Assembly (NCBI GenBank): GCA_048359995.1
Contig: DBGCPK010000017.1
Span: 9,240-73,239 of the forward strand
Direction of reading: 5' to 3'
From: Bacilli bacterium
GTDB lineage: Bacteria > Bacillota_I > Bacilli_A > RFN20 > CAG-449
DNA: 64,000 nt
In this document: piece by piece, positions 9,049 to 18,046 of the stretch
How positions within the stretch are numbered: position 1 is the first letter of the stretch
How the letters are laid out: each line of letters opens with the position of its first letter
Notes under the pieces: model-generated
Told to the model about the DNA's origin: nothing
Database searches by the model: none
What the model saw: the letters and a program-made list of their open reading frames with translations, nothing else
Position numbers and translations under genes: made by a program

Positions 9049-10537
9049 GAAGTATTTTTATTATCATCTTTTCGTCAATCTGATCGCCCCGTTTATCGTC
9101 TTTCTTTCCGCTTTCGAGGCGATGCCGACAGACGAAGAAGAGAATATACTTTTCGACGATCGGATCGCTTTGATTTTTCTCATCATCGGCATCGGCGTCT
9201 ATCTTTTGAGCGTATTGTATTCTTATCTTTACTATCGGACTTCCGGCTATGAAATCAAAGAAGACGGAATCACCTGCACGCGGGGAGTGCTTTTCAAGAA
9301 GAAATCTTTCTTGGAATATCGGAAGATTCATACCATCAAAAAGCGAAAAGGCATCATCCAACAGATGTTCGGATTAGCCTACCTTTTGGTTGATTCGGGC
9401 TCGACCAATACCGCCTTGTCCGCCGAAGTGATGATCATCGAAACAAATGAAAAAGTCGACGCCTTGATGGAGAAAATCAAAGCGCGGCAGAATCATGTAT
9501 CCTTCGAGAAAGAAAGCAAAGTCGAAGAGTCGGAAGAAAAAAGCGAACTTCTCTATCGCTTTTCTCCCGCGAAAAAGGGAAAGTATTTTCTTTTGAATCT
9601 GCTTCGCTGTTTTCTCCTCCTGATTATTATCGCTTTACTCGTCATCGGTCTGGTCGGCGTCATTTCGGCTTTTTCCGCTTCCGTCGATTCGAAATCTCGA
9701 TTCGAGATCTTCGAAATGATTTTGTTTTTGATGTGCATTTACCTCGCTTTCGGTGCGGTGATTTCGCTGTGCATCCCTTTCCTGACCTATTACGATTTCC
9801 GGATTTATAAAAAGGGGGAAGACATCGAAATCGATTACGGTCTTTTCCTCAAACGGACCAATTCCTTTCAAATCCGCCGGATTAAAGGGATTCGAATCCG
9901 TCAGGGCATATTGATGAGATTGTTCGGCTACGTTTCGGTTCAACTGGAAGTGATCGGCTATCTTTCGGAAGGCAACGATGCGGGAAAAGGCTCGTCGGAT
10001 GCGCCGTTTCTTCCGCTTTGCAAGGCGGATGAAGCGGAAAATTACATAAGGAATATTCTCCCCGAATACCTTCCGTCGAAACGCGAGGAAACGGCGAAAA
10101 GTTATTTTGCTTTCGTCGCGTGGCCGTTGCTCTTTACGTGGCTTCCTCTTGTTCTGGCGGAAATCCTTTCCCTCGCTTTCTTTCTCTCCTTGAACAATTC
10201 GATCGCACTCGCGGTTTCCAGCGCGATTATCGGAAGTCTTGCCGTCATCGTCGCGGCTTGTATTTTGATCGACTCCGCTTTGAAATACCGTTATGAGAGT
10301 TTTCGGATCGATGAAGATAAAATCACGTTGTATCACGGCGGAATTTTTCGAACTTGCTCGGTTGTCCTCAAAAAGAACATCATCGCCGTTCAGGATATAA
10401 CTACGCCGATGAGGAGAAAACGTGGAATTTACTCGTATTCGATTCACTTTCGGGGTAACACCTTACGGAATCGAGCCATTGTCGAGATGCTCGACGAAAG
10501 GGATCGCGAAGCGCTTTTCAATTTGTTGACGTACTGA
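9032..10537 (+). CDS. YdbT-like membrane protein with repeated bPH_2 domains
   Basis: 501 aa, alternating TM hairpins and PH-like repeats (YRFSPAKKG..., FRIDEDKITLYHGGIFR...). Confidence 0.55.
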   Translation: MNRFSKKYFYYHLFVNLIAPFIVFLSAFEAMPTDEEENILFDDRIALIFLIIGIGVYLLSVLYSYLYYRTSGYEIKEDGITCTRGVLFKKKSFLEYRKIHTIKKRKGIIQQMFGLAYLLVDSGSTNTALSAEVMIIETNEKVDALMEKIKARQNHVSFEKESKVEESEEKSELLYRFSPAKKGKYFLLNLLRCFLLLIIIALLVIGLVGVISAFSASVDSKSRFEIFEMILFLMCIYLAFGAVISLCIPFLTYYDFRIYKKGEDIEIDYGLFLKRTNSFQIRRIKGIRIRQGILMRLFGYVSVQLEVIGYLSEGNDAGKGSSDAPFLPLCKADEAENYIRNILPEYLPSKREETAKSYFAFVAWPLLFTWLPLVLAEILSLAFFLSLNNSIALAVSSAIIGSLAVIVAACILIDSALKYRYESFRIDEDKITLYHGGIFRTCSVVLKKNIIAVQDITTPMRRKRGIYSYSIHFRGNTLRNRAIVEMLDERDREALFNLLTY

Positions 10538-10538
10538 A

Positions 10539-11666
10539 ATGATGAAATTTTCTCAACTGTTTTATCAGTATTTGACCGAAAGAGGTCTTGATCGCTTTTC
10601 CTTAAAAGAGTTATCCGCGTTCGAGACCTATTTGATGGAACTGCCGGATTCTCCTTTTAAGGCGCGCTACGAAGAAGAACGCGCGAAAAGAGCCGCGATG
10701 GAAGAAATTCTGAAAGACGAAAATTTGAATCGTGGCGAAAAGCGCGAAAAGATGGCCGACTTGATTCTCGACGATCCCGAGAATATCGACTATCGGATCG
10801 GCGACTTTCTTTTAACTTCGGATTTTATCCGCGCGGAAGAGTTTTATTCTCGGAAAGTCAAAGAAATGCTGGAAGGAGAATTTGCCGGTTTGGACGGTTT
10901 TTTCGGTTCTTTTGTTTTTTCGCGGAGAATTCTCGATCTGGGCCATCTCCTTTTTTTGAATTTGATCGAAAAGAAAGACTTTCGTTCGGTCGAAGCCTTC
11001 GGAAAGGCGTTGGTGATTCTCGACGCTTACGATCGTCATCGGATCGTCGGACATCTGGCTTTTCTGTATCTCTCTTCCGGACGGACGGACGATCTGATGC
11101 AACTCTATTTGAAAATTCCTATTCTGTCCGAAGAAGTCCATCTGGCGGTCTTTCTTTCATATCTTTCGGAGGGAAACCGAGCGTACGCTTTTCAGATGAA
11201 CGAGATTCTTCAAAAAGAAAATCCGTATCTCGTCTGGTTGCTGCTTTCACCCGACGCGTCTACGAATCTTTCCGAAAGCGACGGATTGCTCGACGAGGCG
11301 AAGAAAATCATCGAAAAACTGAATCTCTGGTTTCCGGAAAACGAGCGATCCCGACGGATTCGAAATGCGGGCGAGGTCGAAGAATTTTTGTTTGCGAATT
11401 TAAACCGTTTCGAATACGATCTGATCCGCATGATCGGGCAGAACCGCGGTATACCAAGAGGGAAACTCTACAACCGCGCGATCGGTCCGCTTTTCGAAAA
11501 GACGCGAAACGCGCTGAAAGCGACGGAAAAATTCGACGAGTGCATTGATAAATTGGAAAAAGAGTTTTATATTAAGAGCGGCAAGGAAGAGATTTTTCTG
11601 ACTCCCTTGGGCGAAATGGTTTTCGGTTTCGACGACGCGAAAAAAGCGAATCCTGCGTATTCATAG
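10539..11666 (+). CDS. hypothetical cytoplasmic helical protein
   Basis: 375-aa ORF translationally coupled to ydbT; no recognisable family. Confidence 0.45.
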   Translation: MMKFSQLFYQYLTERGLDRFSLKELSAFETYLMELPDSPFKARYEEERAKRAAMEEILKDENLNRGEKREKMADLILDDPENIDYRIGDFLLTSDFIRAEEFYSRKVKEMLEGEFAGLDGFFGSFVFSRRILDLGHLLFLNLIEKKDFRSVEAFGKALVILDAYDRHRIVGHLAFLYLSSGRTDDLMQLYLKIPILSEEVHLAVFLSYLSEGNRAYAFQMNEILQKENPYLVWLLLSPDASTNLSESDGLLDEAKKIIEKLNLWFPENERSRRIRNAGEVEEFLFANLNRFEYDLIRMIGQNRGIPRGKLYNRAIGPLFEKTRNALKATEKFDECIDKLEKEFYIKSGKEEIFLTPLGEMVFGFDDAKKANPAYS

Positions 11667-11681
11667 AAAAAGAGGGAAATT

Positions 11682-12200
11682 ATGATACATATCGTACTTT
11701 ATCAACCGGAGATTCCTCAAAATACCGGAAATATCGTTCGTACGGCAATGGCCGTCGGGGCGAAAGTGCATTTGATCAAACCTTTGGGTTTCGATTTGTC
11801 TCAAAAGAGTTTTCTGCGCGCCGGAATGGACTATATCGACGAAGTCGATCTCGAACTTTACGAAGATTACGGAGATTTTCTCGATAAAAATCCGGATGCA
11901 GACCTCTATTTCGTCACTCGGTATTCTTCCAAGACGTACGCGGATTTCGATTTTTCGAAGTGCCATCACGACTATTATCTGATGTTCGGAAAGGAATCGA
12001 CGGGGATACCTCACGCGATACTGAGGGAGAATTCGGATCGCTTGCTACGCATTCCGATGGCGATCAATGCCCGAAGTTTGAATTTGGCAAATTCCGTCGC
12101 GATCGTCTGTTACGAGGCGATGAGGCAGCAGGATTTTTACTCTTTGGCGACGTTCGAAACTATCAAAGGAGAAGATTTTCTCGGGAGGGAAGACCGATGA
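11682..12200 (+). CDS. trmL: tRNA (cytidine34/U34-2'-O)-methyltransferase TrmL (SpoU family)
   Basis: MIHIVLYQPEIPQNTGNIVRT ... knotted SPOUT motifs. Confidence 0.8.
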   Translation: MIHIVLYQPEIPQNTGNIVRTAMAVGAKVHLIKPLGFDLSQKSFLRAGMDYIDEVDLELYEDYGDFLDKNPDADLYFVTRYSSKTYADFDFSKCHHDYYLMFGKESTGIPHAILRENSDRLLRIPMAINARSLNLANSVAIVCYEAMRQQDFYSLATFETIKGEDFLGREDR

Positions 12201-13045
12201 AAAGAATCGTTTTTGTCTTGTTTTGCGCCCTTTTACTCTCCTCATGCGGAAAAAAGGAGGGTACGCTTTACGTCGAGAGGTCAATCGAAAAGGCCGTGCG
12301 CGAAACTTCTTTCGAGGAGTTTTCCGAATTGTGCGGCGGAGACAAAGCGTTCGTCGCCTATCTTTACTCCGAAGAATGTTACGCTTGCTATCGGGTAAGC
12401 GCGAATTTCTTTCCGCAATTTCTTTCGGAAACCTATCTGAAAGTGTACGCGGTCGGCATCGACGAAGTTCCGAATTCGGAATTGTCGCTTTTGGGAAGGA
12501 TTTCTTCGGAAAACGCGCCGTATTTTTCCGTTTCCGAAGCAAACGACGAGACTTATTACGTGATCAGCTATCCTTTGGTGTTGATCGTCGATGAAGGAAG
12601 AGTTCTAAGTTACGCGTTAGGCGCAAACAAGATCAACCGGAGTTTCTTTTCGAAGAATCTTCTTTTGGATTCCTCCGCGGGAAAGTATTCGCCCGATGAA
12701 ACGGAGATCTTGCACGTGGAAAGCAACCCTTCCGGCGAATTTCTTCCGTATCGCGAGGATCTCGTCGAGGGCATTGTCTATCACACGACCGAAGCGGAGA
12801 ACAATGCCGAAATCGAGTATTATCTCGCACCTCTTTTGGAAATCGGATATCCGATTTATCTCGACGAAAACGGAGAGAAAAACGATCTTGAAATCGTCAA
12901 AGGCGAAAAAAGGATTTCCGCCGGAGCGAGAAAGAATTATCTTCCGCTTTTGGACGCTTACGTCCGTCTCGATTCTCCGTCGAATAACGAAGACAAAAAT
13001 TCCTTCGTCTCTTCGCGAATGGAATGCAAGGAGATGATCGTATAA
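12198..13045 (+). CDS. lipoprotein, possible thioredoxin-like (CYAC motif)
   Basis: Signal peptide plus lipobox LLSSC; CxxC in ...YSEECYACYRV...; 3' end overlaps rqcH convergently. Confidence 0.45.
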
Positions 13046-14550
13046 CGGTCGAACTGAACTTTGCCGATATGGGCAGGTATTTTGCGGATATCTCCCCGTT
13101 TCGAAAGATAAACCTCTCCGGATTCTTTTCCGGAAAGAAAGAGGCTGAGTTCGCCGGCAAAAAGCAGAACTTCGTCGTCGGGTGAAGAAGAAAAGACGAC
13201 GACGTGTGCGCCGGGAAAATTTTTGATGTGCAGGAAACGATCTTCTTTTTTTGCCAAAGTGAAAGTCAAAAAGTCGTTCTGATAACTGCTGAGACCGAAC
13301 CCGATCCGACATTCCCGATAGCGAATGAAATGAGGGGAAAACGTCCTCTCTTTTTTCTTTTCTTTTTTCTTAGCGGTCTCCTTGATATAGCCGTTGTTCT
13401 TCAATTCGAGGACGATGTCCTCCATATCTTCCGGTGTGGCGAAAGAAAGTTGATTCGCAATGGTTTCGAAAAATTCGATGCGTTCTTCGGTGATTTCCCG
13501 TTGCTTGCGAATTTCGATCAGCGCGACCTTGCCTTTTCGGTATTGACGGAAATAGGCCTCCGCGTTTTCGTTCAGCCCGAGATTCGGATTCAATTCGATT
13601 TCTTTTCCTTCGATACAAATCCTCTCCATGCCTTTTCGGTAGAGATCCCGATGAGTGAAAAGCAGATTGCCGATTTCGACGTAATCCCTCTTCTTTTCGT
13701 TTTTTGCCAAGTCCTTTTCGAGATTGCCGAGTTTCTTCTTCAATCCTTTCAGTTTGTGATCGACCAAGTGAAAGACTTGATTGAAACGCTGTTTTTTGTA
13801 TTTTTCCCGCTCTTTTCTTTCGTAAATTTCCGAAATCTCTTCCAAATCGATTTTCTGCGAGGGAAAACTGTGCAAAGGGACGGAAAGAATGTCGTCTTTA
13901 TAGACGTAATAGTTTTGACTTTGAAGAATCTCTTGCAGAATTTCCGGCAAAGTTTCACCTTCCTTTTCGATTCGATAGAGAATATCTTTGTAGGAGGTAA
14001 CTCCGATTTTTCCCTTTAACGTTTCTAACGTATCCTTTTCAGTAATCTCCTTGTCGGAAGATTCCGGATAGAGATAATGAAGCCCCTTGATCACAGCTCT
14101 TTCTTCGCTCGGAGAAGAGGACATTTTCATCGCGAAGAGGATCACGTCGTTTTCGTCGACGATGATCGCGTTGGTGCGGTGAGGAATGAGTTCGACGATC
14201 AGTTTGTGGGTGACGACCTGAAACGTATTCGTGGTTTTCCGTATCGTCAAGACGATAATCCGGTCGTTTTTGACTTTTTCGACGCGAAGAATCTTTCCGT
14301 TTTCAAAGTATTTCTTCAAGTATACGACGAAGAGGCTGTTCTCTTTCAAAGTCGAAAAATAGGAAGAAGAAACCAAAAAATAAGGGTGCAACGGTTCTAA
14401 GGAAACGATCAATGCTTCCTGTTTTCCCGAATACAGAATGAAAGAAAAATCGTAAGCGGAAATCTTGACGATCTTGCTGATTTTCACTCCTTCGAGACGA
14501 TCTTTGTAGTGCAGGTAAATCCGATTTAAAGTGTGGTTGGATATCGCCAT
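12958..14550 (-). CDS. rqcH: ribosome quality-control factor RqcH (NFACT/FbpA family)
   Basis: NFACT-N, coiled-coil and NFACT-R with FPGAHVVV motif; 530 aa. Confidence 0.8.
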   Translation of the reverse strand: MAISNHTLNRIYLHYKDRLEGVKISKIVKISAYDFSFILYSGKQEALIVSLEPLHPYFLVSSSYFSTLKENSLFVVYLKKYFENGKILRVEKVKNDRIIVLTIRKTTNTFQVVTHKLIVELIPHRTNAIIVDENDVILFAMKMSSSPSEERAVIKGLHYLYPESSDKEITEKDTLETLKGKIGVTSYKDILYRIEKEGETLPEILQEILQSQNYYVYKDDILSVPLHSFPSQKIDLEEISEIYERKEREKYKKQRFNQVFHLVDHKLKGLKKKLGNLEKDLAKNEKKRDYVEIGNLLFTHRDLYRKGMERICIEGKEIELNPNLGLNENAEAYFRQYRKGKVALIEIRKQREITEERIEFFETIANQLSFATPEDMEDIVLELKNNGYIKETAKKKEKKKERTFSPHFIRYRECRIGFGLSSYQNDFLTFTLAKKEDRFLHIKNFPGAHVVVFSSSPDDEVLLFAGELSLFLSGKESGEVYLSKRGDIRKIPAHIGKVQFDRYTIISLHSIREETKEFLSSLFDGESRRT

Positions 14551-14739
14551 ATTGATCCCTCTTTTTCGCTTCTATTTTAACGGAGAATTCCGAAAATGAA
14601 AAGGAAAACGGAATTTTTGCCTGCGAATGGATTAAAATCGGCTTTCGAGAACATCTTTTAGCGCTTTTTCATTGTTTTTTCTTTAAAAAAAAATATGCCG
14701 CTAGTAAAATGGAAGAAATAAAAGATGATTGAGGTGTTT

Positions 14740-15309
14740 ATGAAAAAAGGGTTATTGATCGTATTATCCGGTCCTTCCGGTGTCGGCAAAGGAACTGTGC
14801 GGAGACAGGTTTTCAAGGACAAATCCCTGAATCTGGCTTATTCGATTTCGATGACCACGCGGACTCCTCGCGAAAAAGAAAAAGAGGGAATCGATTACTT
14901 CTTCGTTTCCCAGGACCGCTTTATGAAAGGAATCGATCGAGGCGATTTTCTGGAATATGCGGTGTTCGTCGGCAATTATTACGGCACCCCGAAAGCCTAT
15001 GTCGAACAATTGAGAGAAGAGGGGAAAAACGTCTTTCTCGAAATCGAAGTCGAGGGAGCCAAGCAGGTTTTGACCCGTTACGAGAACGACGATAAAGTGG
15101 TCTCCATCTTTCTTCTTCCACCGTCTTTGGAAGAATTGGAAAAGCGGATTCGCGGAAGAAGAAGCGAAGAAGAAACGATCATTCAGGAGCGCTTATGCAA
15201 AGCGAAACGTGAAATCGACCTTAAAGGGAATTATCAATATACGGTTTTGAACGACGATGTCCTCCGCGCGAGCGAGGAGATCAAAGCGATTATTCATTCG
15301 CGGCTATGA
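14740..15309 (+). CDS. gmk: guanylate kinase
   Basis: LIVLSGPSGVGKGT P-loop, YFFVS..F, typical GMP-kinase length. Confidence 0.9.
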   Translation: MKKGLLIVLSGPSGVGKGTVRRQVFKDKSLNLAYSISMTTRTPREKEKEGIDYFFVSQDRFMKGIDRGDFLEYAVFVGNYYGTPKAYVEQLREEGKNVFLEIEVEGAKQVLTRYENDDKVVSIFLLPPSLEELEKRIRGRRSEEETIIQERLCKAKREIDLKGNYQYTVLNDDVLRASEEIKAIIHSRL

Positions 15310-17498
15310 TACGGATTCTCGAAGTTCTGATCGAATACTCTTCCGCCGGTTTGGACCGGACGTTTCTTTACGCGTATTCGGGAGAAAGAGAAATCCAAAA
15401 CGGCGTCCGCGTTCTGGTCGACTTTCGTCAAAGGGAAGTCGTCGGTTACGTGATGAAAGTAACTCCTTTCGACGGAACGCTGGAAGAATACGACAGCCCG
15501 TATATCGTCAAAGAGATCGCCGGGATCATCGACGAACAACCGATTCTCTCCGAAGAACTGAGAGCTTTGGCGGAAAGGATCGGAGAATATTATTTTTCGC
15601 CGTTGATCGGCGTATATCAAGCAATGCTTCCGCCGTCGCTGAAACCGAAGAAGTCGGCTTTGAAGCAACCGAAAATCCGTTACGATACGTGGATTGTCGT
15701 CAAGCGCGACGACGAAAGCGGATTGACTCCGAAACAGATCGAGGCGCTCGGAAAAGTCCGAGTCGGTCAACCGCTTCCGAAAAGCGATCTACCGCCGCAT
15801 ATGGCAAAAGCTTTGTACGAAAAAGGAAGAATCGAATATGTTCGGAAAGAGAAAATCCGCATTCTTTCCGAATCGATCTCCAGAAAGGACGAATCCGCGC
15901 TGAACGATCAGCAGCAGACCGCTTTGAATGCGATTCTCGACGGAGAAGAATCGACGTATCTTTTGGAAGGGGTAACCGGAAGTGGCAAGACCGAAGTGTA
16001 TCTTCACGCCGCCAAAGCGATGATCGCCGAAGGAAAGACGGTGCTGATTTTGGTTCCGGAGATTTCATTGACGCATCAAATGGTAAAGAGGTTTTCCGAG
16101 CGTTTCGAAAAGATCGCCATTCTCCATTCGGGATTGACTTCGGCGGAAAAATACGACCAGTACCGCCTGATCAGTCAGGGGAAAGTCGACATCGTCATCG
16201 GCGCGCGGAGTGCGATCTTCGCCCCGCTTCGCCGTTTGGGACTGATCGTCGTCGACGAAGAACAGGCGGAAACCTACAAACAGGAGAATCCGCCGTTTTA
16301 CCATGCGCGCACGGTCGCGGAATTCCGACGGGACTACACGGGGTGCAAACTCGTTCTCGGCAGCGCCACCCCGACTCTGGAAACCAAGACGAAAGCGCTG
16401 AAAGGGCTGTATCGTCAGCTGACTCTGACCAAGCGCTTCAACGACGCGCCTCTTCCGAAAACCCGCATCGTCAATCTTTTGGATTTGAAGAATCTCGACA
16501 ACGAATCGGCGATCTTTTCGTTGCCTCTCAGAGAAAAGATTCGGGATCGCCTCGAAAAAAAAGAGCAGGTAATGCTGTTGATCAACAAGCGGGGATACGC
16601 TCCGTATATTCAATGCAGCCGATGCCATCGGATTTTGAAATGCCCCGATTGCGATCTGGCGCTTTCTTACCACAAGCAGGAGAATCTGTTGAAATGCCAT
16701 CATTGCGGTTATGTCGAAGAGATGAAACGAAAATGCCCGAATTGCGATTCGGACAAATTCTATAAAATCGGCTTCGGAAGCGAGAAAGTGCTGGAAGAAG
16801 TGCAGAGGCTCTTTCCTTCGGCGCGTTGCGCGCGTCTGGATTCCGATGTGGCCGGAGCGAAGAATCGCGTGAAAGACGTTCTGCGGGATTTCGAACGTCA
16901 AAAGGTCGACGTTCTGATCGGCACGCAGATGATCGCCAAAGGGCATGATTTCGGAAACGTCACATTGGTCGGCGTCGTTCTCGCGGATTTGGGGCTGAAC
17001 ATTCCTTCTTACCGCGCGGGGGAGAGAACGTTTTCTCTGATCACGCAAGCCGTCGGCCGAGCCGGAAGAAGCTCCAAAACCGGAGAAGCGATCATACAGA
17101 CGTATACCCCCGATCATTACGTGATTTACGACAGTGCCATGCAGGATTATTCCCGCTTTTTCAACGAAGAGATGGCCTATCGGAAGATGAATCAAAACCC
17201 GCCTTACGTCTATTTGGCAATGCTGACGATTTCTTCGGCGAACGAAGATTATCTGATTGACGCGGCGGAATTCATCAAACGAGATTTGGAAGCCCGCTTC
17301 GCATCTCGAAGAGTGGAAGTCATCGGTCCGAGCGAGCCGTTTATCGTCAAGTTCAACGGCCGATACAGGCGCAAGATTTTGATCAAATACAAGAAACGCG
17401 AAGACGTCGAAACGGAAATTCGGAATCTGATCGGGCAGATTCTCAGGAGAAAAGGGGTTGAATTGCAGATAAACGTTGATCCTGACAGCGATTATTGA
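15306..17498 (+). CDS. priA: primosomal protein N' (PriA helicase)
   Basis: GVTGSGKTEVY Walker A, DEEQ, two CxxC zinc-finger pairs (CSRCHRILKCPDC / CHHCG...CPNCDS). Confidence 0.9.
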   Translation: MIRILEVLIEYSSAGLDRTFLYAYSGEREIQNGVRVLVDFRQREVVGYVMKVTPFDGTLEEYDSPYIVKEIAGIIDEQPILSEELRALAERIGEYYFSPLIGVYQAMLPPSLKPKKSALKQPKIRYDTWIVVKRDDESGLTPKQIEALGKVRVGQPLPKSDLPPHMAKALYEKGRIEYVRKEKIRILSESISRKDESALNDQQQTALNAILDGEESTYLLEGVTGSGKTEVYLHAAKAMIAEGKTVLILVPEISLTHQMVKRFSERFEKIAILHSGLTSAEKYDQYRLISQGKVDIVIGARSAIFAPLRRLGLIVVDEEQAETYKQENPPFYHARTVAEFRRDYTGCKLVLGSATPTLETKTKALKGLYRQLTLTKRFNDAPLPKTRIVNLLDLKNLDNESAIFSLPLREKIRDRLEKKEQVMLLINKRGYAPYIQCSRCHRILKCPDCDLALSYHKQENLLKCHHCGYVEEMKRKCPNCDSDKFYKIGFGSEKVLEEVQRLFPSARCARLDSDVAGAKNRVKDVLRDFERQKVDVLIGTQMIAKGHDFGNVTLVGVVLADLGLNIPSYRAGERTFSLITQAVGRAGRSSKTGEAIIQTYTPDHYVIYDSAMQDYSRFFNEEMAYRKMNQNPPYVYLAMLTISSANEDYLIDAAEFIKRDLEARFASRRVEVIGPSEPFIVKFNGRYRRKILIKYKKREDVETEIRNLIGQILRRKGVELQINVDPDSDY

Positions 17499-17547
17499 TT
17501 TCATTTTTTTCTCGGATTATGTATAATAAATTACGGAGGTTCGCATT

Positions 17548-18024
17548 ATGGTCATCATTTCTTATACCGGTCTGGATTTATACCTGATCGGAGAACTCAA
17601 CGGAAAAATCCATTCGTCCGTCAGCCGGATTCTGCACGTCGACGAAGAGGAAATCGTCTTTTCCGGTTACGATTCGTTCGTATTTTACAAAGGACACGAG
17701 CAAACCTCGATTCATCTAATCATCAAAGTGGAAATGGACGAATCGCTGAAAAAGTATCAGAAAGATCTTGCGGATTATCTGATGGAAACCGGCAAAGAAT
17801 ATTCCTTGCATTCCTTCGTCTATTTCCAATATTTCCGAAAAGAAGATTCGTATCTGAGCGTCAACGAACAATATCCTCGTTATCTGACCGCGCAGAACGA
17901 AGCAGAAGAAGAGGAATACGACGAAGAAAAAGAGTACAGCGAGGAAGAATTGTATACCGGCAATATCTTCGAGCATTTCGACGAAGGCGACGGAGTCGGC
18001 TTCGATTCGATTCGAAAAAAATAA
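17548..18024 (+). CDS. hypothetical acidic protein (occupies the def-fmt position of the ylo locus)
   Basis: 158 aa, GGAGG RBS; acidic E-rich C-terminus; no Def/Fmt motifs. Confidence 0.45.
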   Translation: MVIISYTGLDLYLIGELNGKIHSSVSRILHVDEEEIVFSGYDSFVFYKGHEQTSIHLIIKVEMDESLKKYQKDLADYLMETGKEYSLHSFVYFQYFRKEDSYLSVNEQYPRYLTAQNEAEEEEYDEEKEYSEEELYTGNIFEHFDEGDGVGFDSIRKK

Positions 18025-18046
18025 ACGGCGGAAGGAGAAGTAAAGT

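Noticed and set aside
12045-12594. Minus and plus ORFs of 123-165 aa full of R/K within trmL and lipoprotein genes
   Set aside because: Shadow frames with biased composition; overlapped by well-supported genes.
15257-17504. Long arginine-rich ORFs (15257..16765 plus, 16065..17504 minus) overlapping priA
   Set aside because: Alternative frames of a GC-moderate, GAA/CGN-rich gene; no motifs, no RBS; priA frame has canonical helicase and Zn-finger motifs.
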